Positions 38,107 to 46,103 of a stretch of DNA of 64,000 bases are shown one piece after another. Below the pieces are notes generated by a model, which did no database searches, was not told the origin of the DNA, and saw only the letters and a list, made by a program, of their open reading frames with translations. Origin of the DNA: Tyzzerella sp. (GTDB lineage Bacteria > Bacillota > Clostridia > Lachnospirales > Lachnospiraceae); NCBI GenBank assembly GCA_017416155.1, contig JAFQDE010000010.1, forward strand, positions 1,476 through 65,475, read 5' to 3'. Position 1 is the first letter of the stretch, and every line of letters starts with the position of its first letter. The position numbers were made by a program, and so were the translations under genes.

Positions 38107-39561
38107 ATGAACAGACGTAATCTAACCCTATTAACTGATTTGTACGAATTAACAATGATGCAGGGATACTTCGAAAGACAGGAAAACGAAACTGTAGTAT
38201 TTGATATGTTTTTTAGGTCTAATCCGAACAAATCCGGCTACTCTATCGCTGCCGGTCTCGACCAAGTAATCCAGTACATCAAGAACCTTAACTTTTCTTA
38301 TGATGATGTAGAATATCTTCGCAGTTTGAATATTTTCAGCGAAGAATTTTTAAATTATCTGAGTGGCTTCCATTTTAGCGGAGACATTTACGCAATTCCG
38401 GAAGGAAGCGTTGTATTTCCAAAAGAACCTCTTATCAAGGTTGTAGCTCCGATTATGGAAGCTCAACTGATTGAGACATCGATTTTAAATATTATCAATC
38501 ACCAATCTCTGATTGCAACAAAGGCTGCACGCGTCGTGCATGCTGCAGAAGGAGATGGTATCATGGAATTCGGTCTTCGACGTGCACAGGGACCGGATGC
38601 AGGACTTTACGGTGCAAGAGCTGCTATGATTGGTGGTTGTATCGGAACCTCCAACGTGCTTGCGGGACAACTCTTCGATGTGCCTGTAAAAGGAACACAT
38701 GCACATAGCTGGATTATGAGTTTTGAAGATGAATATACCGCATTTAGAACTTATGCAAATCTTTATCCATCTGCATGCATTTTGCTGGTTGATACCTACG
38801 ATACATTAAAATCCGGTGTGCCAAATGCCATCCGCGTATTTACAGAAATGCGTGAAGCCGGTATTGAACTTAAGAACTATGGAATCCGTCTTGACAGCGG
38901 TGACCTTGCATATTTATCAAAAAAGGCACGTAAAATGTTAGATGAAGCAGGCTTTGAGACAGCGGTTATCTCCGCTTCCAACGACCTGGACGAATTCCTG
39001 ATTCACGACCTGAAGATTCAGGGAGCAAAGATTACTTCCTGGGGTGTAGGTACGAACCTTATTACTTCCAAGGACTGCCCTTCTTTCGGTGGCGTATATA
39101 AACTTGCTGCAATTCAGCAAGAAGACGGAAGCTTTGTTTCCAAGATTAAACTGTCTGAAAATACAGAGAAGGTTACAAACCCTGGTAATAAGACTGTTTA
39201 CCGTATCTATGACAACGAAACAGGTAAGATTCGTGCAGACTTAATCTGCTTTGTGGATGAGACTTTTGATGTATCTCAGGATCTTCGTATCTTTGACCCA
39301 TTGGAACCTTGGAAAAAGACAAAGCTTTACGGTGGAACCTACCACATGCGTGAAATCTTAGTTCCGATTTTCCAAAATGGTCAATGCGTATACGAATCCC
39401 CAAGCGTTATGGAAATTGCTGCTTACTGCAAGCAGGAAAAAGACACCTTATGGGATGAGACAAAACGTCTCTTCAACCCACATAAAGTTTACGTGGATTT
39501 ATCACAGAAATTATTCGACGAAAAGCAGACCTTATTGAATCAAATGGGAGCTACAGAATAA
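38107..39561 (+). CDS. pncB: Nicotinate phosphoribosyltransferase
   Basis: LLTDLYELTM, EFGLRR, GTHAHS, LVDTYD, RLDSGD. Confidence 0.95.
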   Translation: MNRRNLTLLTDLYELTMMQGYFERQENETVVFDMFFRSNPNKSGYSIAAGLDQVIQYIKNLNFSYDDVEYLRSLNIFSEEFLNYLSGFHFSGDIYAIPEGSVVFPKEPLIKVVAPIMEAQLIETSILNIINHQSLIATKAARVVHAAEGDGIMEFGLRRAQGPDAGLYGARAAMIGGCIGTSNVLAGQLFDVPVKGTHAHSWIMSFEDEYTAFRTYANLYPSACILLVDTYDTLKSGVPNAIRVFTEMREAGIELKNYGIRLDSGDLAYLSKKARKMLDEAGFETAVISASNDLDEFLIHDLKIQGAKITSWGVGTNLITSKDCPSFGGVYKLAAIQQEDGSFVSKIKLSENTEKVTNPGNKTVYRIYDNETGKIRADLICFVDETFDVSQDLRIFDPLEPWKKTKLYGGTYHMREILVPIFQNGQCVYESPSVMEIAAYCKQEKDTLWDETKRLFNPHKVYVDLSQKLFDEKQTLLNQMGATE

Positions 39562-39579
39562 TAAAGGAGTATATCGATT

Positions 39580-40635
39580 ATGAAAATTGTTGTATTAGCA
39601 GGTGGCTTAAGCACCGAGCGTGACGTATCTCTCGCTTCAGGTGCCGGAATCTGTAAAACACTTCGCGAAAGAGGACACGAGGCTTTCCTTTTGGATGTAT
39701 ACCTCGGATTTCCTTACGACGCAGATAAATTAGAAGAAGTATTCACACTTCCGGGTGCGGGACTTGAGATTGCAGAAGGCATCAAAACTACAGAGCCCGA
39801 CCTTGTAGCTATCAAAGCTTCCAGAGAAGATCAGTCTGACTGCTTCCTCGGACCAAATGTAATAGAAATCTGTCGCATGGCAGACATCGTTTTCATGGGA
39901 CTTCACGGCGACGTAGGTGAAAATGGCAAGTTACAGGCAACCTTCGACCTTCTTGGCATCCGTTACACAGGACCGAACTACTTAGGAAGCGCCCTTGCCA
40001 TGGACAAAGGTATTGCAAAGAAGATTTTCAAAATGTCAGGTGTTCCGACACCACTTGGAACATCTATTAAGAAGGCACAAAAAGATGTTGAACTCGCAGA
40101 ACTCGGTCTTAAACTTCCTGTTGTTGTGAAACCATGTTCCGGCGGTTCAAGCATCGGCGTATATATTGTAAATACAGAAGAAGAATACAGAGAAGCAATT
40201 GAAAAATCATTCAAATACGAAGATGAAGTTGTGATCGAGCCATATATCAAAGGACGCGAATTTGCCTGCGGTATCATCGACGGCAAAGCTCTTCCGGTCA
40301 TCGAAATCATTCCAAAGACCGGGTTCTTTGACTATGCCAACAAATATCAGGCAGGTGCCACTGAGGAAATCTGCCCGGCTCCGATTCCTGATGATATTGC
40401 CGAGAAAATGCAACGCGCAACAGAGCTTGCATTCAAGTCATTGAAGCTTGACATCTACTCTCGCGCCGATTTCTTGTTGGACGATAAAGGAGACATCTAC
40501 TGCCTCGAAGTCAACACACTTCCAGGTATGACAGCGACTAGTCTTCTTCCTCAGGAAGCAAAAGCAGCCGGCATCGAATACGGCGAGCTCTGCGAACTGA
40601 TTATTGAAAAATCATTAGCGCGTTATAACGCTTAA
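39580..40635 (+). CDS. ddl: D-alanine--D-alanine ligase
   Basis: GGLSTERDVS, GENGKLQ, GGSSIG, DYANKY, EVNTLPGMT. Confidence 0.93.
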   Translation: MKIVVLAGGLSTERDVSLASGAGICKTLRERGHEAFLLDVYLGFPYDADKLEEVFTLPGAGLEIAEGIKTTEPDLVAIKASREDQSDCFLGPNVIEICRMADIVFMGLHGDVGENGKLQATFDLLGIRYTGPNYLGSALAMDKGIAKKIFKMSGVPTPLGTSIKKAQKDVELAELGLKLPVVVKPCSGGSSIGVYIVNTEEEYREAIEKSFKYEDEVVIEPYIKGREFACGIIDGKALPVIEIIPKTGFFDYANKYQAGATEEICPAPIPDDIAEKMQRATELAFKSLKLDIYSRADFLLDDKGDIYCLEVNTLPGMTATSLLPQEAKAAGIEYGELCELIIEKSLARYNA

Positions 40636-40649
40636 TTGGAGATTTGATT

Positions 40650-42020
40650 ATGAAAGCAATGACACTGCGAGAAATCGCCACTGCATGCAGCGGACATTAC
40701 TACGGTGATATAACCAAATTAGATATGGAAGTGACGGGTGTTGCCATCGACAGCCGAAAGGTAGAAGAAGGTTTCCTCTTCGTACCAATCAAAGGTGCTC
40801 GCGTAGATGGACATTCCTTCATTCCGCAGGTGATGGAAAAGGGTGCCCTCTGCACCTTAAGTGAGGTGGCATTAGAGGATGTTTCTCATCCATACATAAT
40901 GGTAGACTCCTCTGAGCAAGCACTCAAAGACTTAGCCGAACACTACCGCAAAGCCCTGGATATCAAAGTAATCGGAATCACCGGAAGTGTCGGCAAAACA
41001 AGCACGAAAGAAATGATTGCTTCTGTCCTTTCACAGAAATATAACGTATTGAAAACAGCCGGAAACTTTAACAATGAGATTGGTCTTCCACTCACCATCT
41101 TCAATATCCGCGACGAACACGAAGTGGCAGTGCTTGAGATGGGTATCAGCGACTTTGGTGAAATGCATCGTCTCGCGAAGATGGCAAGGCCGGATATCTG
41201 CGTGATTACCAACATTGGACTTTGTCACCTTGAAAACCTTGGTGACCGAGACGGCATCCTTAAGGCCAAGACTGAAATGTTTGACTTCGCACAGCCAAAT
41301 GCAACGATTATTCTAAACGGCGATGATGACAAACTCATTACCGTAAAGGACTGGGATGGATATGCCCCTCTCTATTTTGGATTATCCACAGGGATGAACG
41401 CTTTTGCAAAAGATATCCACAGTCTGTCGCTTAAAGGAACATCCTGTACGATTTGTCTTGGGGATAACTCATTTGAAGTTACGATTCCAATTCCGGGACA
41501 CCACATGGTTTATAATGCACTTGCAGGTGCACTTGTAGGCCTTGAACTCGGATTGAACGCGGAAGAAATTAAAGCCGGCATCGAGGCACTGGTTCCGGTA
41601 TCCGGAAGAAATAACCTCATTGAGACCAACAGCCTTATGATTATCGACGATTGCTACAATGCAAACCCAGTATCAACAAAGGCATCTCTCGATGTACTTG
41701 CGACTGCTGATACAAGAAAAGTTGCTATCTTAGGGGATATGTTTGAACTTGGGGAAAATGAAAAAGAACTCCACTACGGCGTTGGTAAACATGCTGCTGA
41801 GAAAAAAATTGACCTAGTCATCTGTATAGGTGAACTCTCTGAGAATACCGCAAAAGGTGCATCGTATTCTAATACAGAAGTAAGGTATTTTGAGACAAAG
41901 GCTGAGTTCTTATCACAGGCTGACAAATTCCTCAAAAAAGGGGATACCGTACTTGTGAAAGCATCACATGGAATGGAATTTCCGGAGATTGTCGAGAAGT
42001 TGAAAGAATTGTCATTATAA
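40650..42020 (+). CDS. murF: UDP-MurNAc-tripeptide--D-Ala-D-Ala ligase
   Basis: ITGSVGKTSTKE, NFNNEIGLP, DDCYNANP, LGDMFELG. Confidence 0.95.
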   Translation: MKAMTLREIATACSGHYYGDITKLDMEVTGVAIDSRKVEEGFLFVPIKGARVDGHSFIPQVMEKGALCTLSEVALEDVSHPYIMVDSSEQALKDLAEHYRKALDIKVIGITGSVGKTSTKEMIASVLSQKYNVLKTAGNFNNEIGLPLTIFNIRDEHEVAVLEMGISDFGEMHRLAKMARPDICVITNIGLCHLENLGDRDGILKAKTEMFDFAQPNATIILNGDDDKLITVKDWDGYAPLYFGLSTGMNAFAKDIHSLSLKGTSCTICLGDNSFEVTIPIPGHHMVYNALAGALVGLELGLNAEEIKAGIEALVPVSGRNNLIETNSLMIIDDCYNANPVSTKASLDVLATADTRKVAILGDMFELGENEKELHYGVGKHAAEKKIDLVICIGELSENTAKGASYSNTEVRYFETKAEFLSQADKFLKKGDTVLVKASHGMEFPEIVEKLKELSL

Positions 42021-42026
42021 TAAAAA

Positions 42027-42057
42027 GCGACTAAAGTTTAGAATTCACTTTAGTCGC
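42027..42057. terminator. Bidirectional terminator
   Basis: GCGACTAAAGT...ACTTTAGTCGC flanked by A and T runs. Confidence 0.75.
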
Positions 42058-42063
42058 ATTTTT

Positions 42064-43200
42064 TTATTTTTCTAACAATAACTTCGCTCTTGCATGTATC
42101 TGACTTTCAATCAATTTTAACCGATTCTCAGGCAAGTTATAACGTGGATGTTTTCGGAATTTAAAATCTAGTAATTGTCTAAGTCCTTCTCTATGTTCTG
42201 ATGTGAGAACTTTTTTTGCTGTTCCTATAAAATCATCATAAACACATGGCAGTAATGTTTCTGCGTAATTTGCAAAAGACTTTTCTGAATCTAAATCATC
42301 GCCTGCTGCATAATTAAACAGAGAATTACCATGGTCAAACAATGGTGCCGGAGCCGCAATCTTGTTCGTTTTATTATCAACTAAGACCCCGAAATTCCCA
42401 AAATGTCTATCCGTGTTGCAGATAATAGCATCGAACACAAACATATCATGTAATGCCTTTACATACTCTTTTCCAAGTTTTTCATAATACTCAGCTACTG
42501 CCTGCATTCCACCTGTTCTTACAATTCTACCAATCGGCAAATAAGAGTAGTCCTTGCTTGTAAAAAGTTCACAGGTAGAACACAGTAATCCTTCCCATTT
42601 GCTAAGACTATAATCAATCGCATTTATTCCAAGTACTCGTGCCACCTGTACAGCATAATACTCGGAATAAGGCTCATTTCCAGTATTACATGCTCCACTT
42701 GTACCACCTTTATATAACTTAATTGTACTCTCACTTCTTCTCCAACACTTTGGAAGCATACCATTTGTCGTAAACTCCGGACATGAAGCAAGTGATGTGC
42801 GCACACTACTGCCGTAACCAGTAAAGGCAATGAGTGCAAGTACTTTACTAAAACGATTCTCATAAAGATTATATTTCTCGAAGGTACCTTCAAATCCTTC
42901 TTCTACTACCCAATAGCAATCATTGAGCGATAGCCCTTTGGAAACACGAATAATATTCATTGGACGATTTAAGTTCAACCCACATTTGCTCAAAAAATTG
43001 TGAACATAAGCACGATTCTTTGGAATCGTTCTATGCTTGAGCCATTTTGCAATTCCCTCATTTGAAAATTCCAAATCAAGCGGGAGAAGATGCTTCTTGT
43101 CTTCATCATACCACAAAATATTAATTTCAGGAGTATTGCTATCTTCCGTAGCCGAGAAACGAACTAACGGTGTATTAAAATGTCTCAATTCGTAATTCAT
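42064..43200 (-). CDS. HipA-like Ser/Thr kinase domain protein
   Basis: TTNGMLPKCW, LYKG, EPYSE, NTDRHFGNFG, APLFDHG. Confidence 0.8.
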   Translation of the reverse strand: MNYELRHFNTPLVRFSATEDSNTPEINILWYDEDKKHLLPLDLEFSNEGIAKWLKHRTIPKNRAYVHNFLSKCGLNLNRPMNIIRVSKGLSLNDCYWVVEEGFEGTFEKYNLYENRFSKVLALIAFTGYGSSVRTSLASCPEFTTNGMLPKCWRRSESTIKLYKGGTSGACNTGNEPYSEYYAVQVARVLGINAIDYSLSKWEGLLCSTCELFTSKDYSYLPIGRIVRTGGMQAVAEYYEKLGKEYVKALHDMFVFDAIICNTDRHFGNFGVLVDNKTNKIAAPAPLFDHGNSLFNYAAGDDLDSEKSFANYAETLLPCVYDDFIGTAKKVLTSEHREGLRQLLDFKFRKHPRYNLPENRLKLIESQIHARAKLLLEK

Positions 43201-43241
43201 TCCCTCTCCTCCTTTACAAATCCGAACCCTTTTATAACTGC

Positions 43242-43270
43242 ATTATATCCATTTTGCAGAACAATATCAA
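43242..43270 (-). promoter_or_regulatory. Putative sigma-A promoter of the HipA-like gene
   Basis: TTGATA-N17-TATAAT. Confidence 0.55.
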
Positions 43271-43295
43271 CCTCTTTCGGAACAATAGGGGTGTT

Positions 43296-44066
43296 TTACG
43301 GAACAATGCAAAAGAATGACGCGAGACATTGTCCCGCGTCTGGCTGTTCTGTATTCTCTGTTGAGATTGGTGGATCTGTAGCAGTTACATCCTGATTTTC
43401 ACTTGGTGTAATTGTTACACTTGGTGCACTCGTTGATTCTGGTGAACTGGTTGCTGCCGGTTCACTTGGGACAACCGGTGTATTGGTTACTTCATTTGTT
43501 GTCAACACTTTTGACTTACCACCAATTCCAATTTCCCGTCCGTCAGCAATTATCATTTCCTCTGCCTCTCGAATCGGCTCACCACTGAAGCTTCCCCAAC
43601 AAGCAATAATCTCAACAGTGGTTTCTTGCATCACTGCTATTCGAACTGTTCGAGATATCATCTGTGTTCCATTCTCATCAACCACACCGATTTGATCAGT
43701 ATAAAAACTTTGTTCTCCTATCTTGATTTCGCCATAACCTGTAGATGCATTGCCAATCTTTGTCAAAACAAAATCATAGACACCCGGTTGAAGAGTATAT
43801 GTCTTTTCACCCTCGTGTGCCGCACTCGATGTTTCCGTTTGTGGTTCAATTTTCTGAACTTCCAAATCAAAACTCGCCGCCTGTATCTGATTCATGCTAG
43901 AACTCACACTTGCTGTAAAGAAGGCATACGCAGTAAATCCCATCGCAGACATGCAAAGCACAATACATGTAATGGATACTGCCAGTCGTGCGAAAAATAC
44001 CTGTTCGCCCATGATGCCTTTGCCTTCTTCCGGTAATACAAAATACTTCTGATATATTTTCCGCAA
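43296..44066 (-). CDS. SipW-signal protein with a Pro/Ser/Thr-rich tail
   Basis: Hydrophobic segment then TAYA|FFTASVSSSMNQIQAASFDL. Confidence 0.7.
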   Translation of the reverse strand: MRKIYQKYFVLPEEGKGIMGEQVFFARLAVSITCIVLCMSAMGFTAYAFFTASVSSSMNQIQAASFDLEVQKIEPQTETSSAAHEGEKTYTLQPGVYDFVLTKIGNASTGYGEIKIGEQSFYTDQIGVVDENGTQMISRTVRIAVMQETTVEIIACWGSFSGEPIREAEEMIIADGREIGIGGKSKVLTTNEVTNTPVVPSEPAATSSPESTSAPSVTITPSENQDVTATDPPISTENTEQPDAGQCLASFFCIVP

Positions 44067-44083
44067 AACTTCCTCCTCCTTTA

Positions 44084-44779
44084 CTAGTCTAATGTTCCTC
44101 GTTGCGAAGCCAATACCGTGATTCCCAGATCCACTCTCGGAATATCGTCTCCACGATAGTTCGCTTCATTCCCTACTTTCTCCGGCATATACAGAATGAG
44201 TGCCGCATAATCAACGCTATCCTCTCCTGCTTCAGCCTCTAACTGTCCAATGCTGGACGAATATGTGTTTAAGGGTAGCATCTCCTTAGAAGGAGCACTG
44301 CCATTATCTAAATCTTCTATCGCAATCGCTCTCGCGACTTCTCTCGTGAGTGACTGCTCATCCTTCTCAATCAATGCGCCAAACTTCAAATAATTTGGCA
44401 AATAGATTAGTTGTCCTGCCTCATTGACTCCCGGCACAAAATCATTCATATTAACCGAAAGCTGATAGTCAAATTCTACATCGCCTTTATTGACAATCTT
44501 CAAATACACAACCTGCGTATAACCCGGCTCGTAAAGTGCTTCCTCGTCGAATACTTTTGTCTTCTCATCTACTAATACCCATTCTTCATCGCCTTCTGCA
44601 TTAGTAACTTTATAATAAACCTCCAAATCAAAGTCTGCAAATTCAAAACTATTCACAAGTTCCGGCGTCTCGTCCATAAACCACGCAATCGAAGTACCGG
44701 TTCCAAGAAGCCCCCATAAGAGAAGCAAACAGATACTGAGGACAAATGCAACTTTTGTAAATTTTCTTTTTTTCACCAT
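44084..44779 (-). CDS. TasA/camelysin-like SipW-dependent subunit
   Basis: TSIA|WFMDE..N; YEPGYTQVVYLKIVNKG; YMPEKVGNEAN. Confidence 0.8.
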   Translation of the reverse strand: MVKKRKFTKVAFVLSICLLLLWGLLGTGTSIAWFMDETPELVNSFEFADFDLEVYYKVTNAEGDEEWVLVDEKTKVFDEEALYEPGYTQVVYLKIVNKGDVEFDYQLSVNMNDFVPGVNEAGQLIYLPNYLKFGALIEKDEQSLTREVARAIAIEDLDNGSAPSKEMLPLNTYSSSIGQLEAEAGEDSVDYAALILYMPEKVGNEANYRGDDIPRVDLGITVLASQRGTLD

Positions 44780-44789
44780 GCTGTCCCTC

Positions 44790-45437
44790 CTACTCTGTCT
44801 CTGTTTTCTCTATTTCTCTTCGTTTCCTTACTATCAAAATAATTACTACCAGTGCTGCTGAAGTACCAACCCCGGCAATCCAAAGCCACCCTTTTGATGC
44901 ATCACCTGTCTGGGTGCTTCCATCGTCAATCTCTTCCACCAAGAACTCCCAATCGAGATATCCAACTAATTTCTTATAGTTATTGTCAAGGCTTGTCGGC
45001 ACCTGAAGCCCAACCATAAGTTCTGCCTCAGCACCTGCGGCAAGCACGCCGATTTGTCTCCATTCTTTCAATTGTGCTGTCTGGTCTGCCGGTGCCTCAA
45101 AAAGCGGTGTATCGGTTACTTTCTCCACATAAAGATTCAGTTTTGATAAGAAATCTTTGGAATCCTCATGTGCGCCAAGCGCCCGCATAGATATCTTCAC
45201 ATTCTTTTTCGCGTTGTTTTTTACAACAATCTTCTGTGTCAAAGTATCCCCCGGCATCACATCCTTGAATTCCGGAAATAAATCCGTCAAAGAATGCTCA
45301 CTGCCCGGTGTAAAAATGAATTGTCCCGCATTTCCACTATATATTACATTTCCTTCTGCCGCTGTACCTGTAATAGTTGACATTGTCATTGTGAGCAACA
45401 TTACTAATACAAGTACTCCTCTAGTCATCCGCTTCAT
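44790..45437 (-). CDS. Cell-surface-anchored protein (Sec signal; QTGD + TM + basic tail)
   Basis: DVMPGDTLTQKIVVKN TasA-like strand; STQTGDASK-hydrophobic-RKRR. Confidence 0.7.
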   Translation of the reverse strand: MKRMTRGVLVLVMLLTMTMSTITGTAAEGNVIYSGNAGQFIFTPGSEHSLTDLFPEFKDVMPGDTLTQKIVVKNNAKKNVKISMRALGAHEDSKDFLSKLNLYVEKVTDTPLFEAPADQTAQLKEWRQIGVLAAGAEAELMVGLQVPTSLDNNYKKLVGYLDWEFLVEEIDDGSTQTGDASKGWLWIAGVGTSAALVVIILIVRKRREIEKTETE

Positions 45438-46005
45438 CCTGCACCTCCTCTGGCCATCCGAATGCGGTAAATGTATCCGTGCCCTCGATAGGATTATGCT
45501 CACTCTGTACGGCATGAGCGATAATAGACAACTCTAACGTCTTTCCAAGGTAACTATTATCCACCTTGCTTCCCACAATCTCAACCTTCGAGAATACATC
45601 CGGTGTTGTCTGATATGGCTCAACAATACCGGTGTAATAGTACCATCCTTCATGGTATTTCCAATTCGTTTCATCAATATTCAGTTTGAAACAATCCTCC
45701 GCAGAAAGTTCCTGTGAATCCACTCCGTAGACAATCTTCACACGCAAATAAAACGGATGTGTGCAAATGTTCTCTACACTCACCTTCTTGCTCACAATAT
45801 CACCCGGAATAATGTAGACTCCTTCCTTCGGAAACTCCGTTCCCTGGTCTGTTGTCTCGTGAACCACAAACTGAATATCACCGGAGGTCACAACATTGGT
45901 AGCTTTTCCGACTGTGGAGTAATACGCTTGTGTACTTTGGGTGATAAATGTAAATGCAATGGCAATATATGCTATGGTAATAAATTTTAGTCTAAGCTTT
46001 CCCAT
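45421..46005 (-). CDS. SipW-dependent TasA-like subunit
   Basis: TQA|YYSTVGKATNVVTSG; IIPGDIVSK; GWYYY; AHAVQ. Confidence 0.8.
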   Translation of the reverse strand: MGKLRLKFITIAYIAIAFTFITQSTQAYYSTVGKATNVVTSGDIQFVVHETTDQGTEFPKEGVYIIPGDIVSKKVSVENICTHPFYLRVKIVYGVDSQELSAEDCFKLNIDETNWKYHEGWYYYTGIVEPYQTTPDVFSKVEIVGSKVDNSYLGKTLELSIIAHAVQSEHNPIEGTDTFTAFGWPEEVQDEADD

Positions 46006-46032
46006 GTGTAACCTCCTTCCTATTGTAATATT

Positions 46033-46091
46033 CAATCAAAAGACACAATGGACTTGTGTCCTTTGATTGCTCCCCCACAAATGTGGGGGAG
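46033..46091 (-). promoter_or_regulatory. Tandem stem-loop element, copy 1
   Basis: CAATCAAAAGACACAA...TTGTGTCCTTTGATTG adjoining CTCCCCCACA..TGTGGGGGAG. Confidence 0.6.
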
Positions 46092-46103
46092 ATAGTGTTA
46101 CTA

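Noticed and set aside
38107-39561. pncB (and the adenylyltransferase at 731) as parts of the TIR system
   Set aside because: They have host-like composition and housekeeping context, and are separated from the operon by unrelated genes.
39580-42020. ddl-murF as a vancomycin-resistance cluster
   Set aside because: The omega loop has DYANKY typical of D-Ala-D-Ala ligases, and there are no vanH/X/R/S-like genes nearby.
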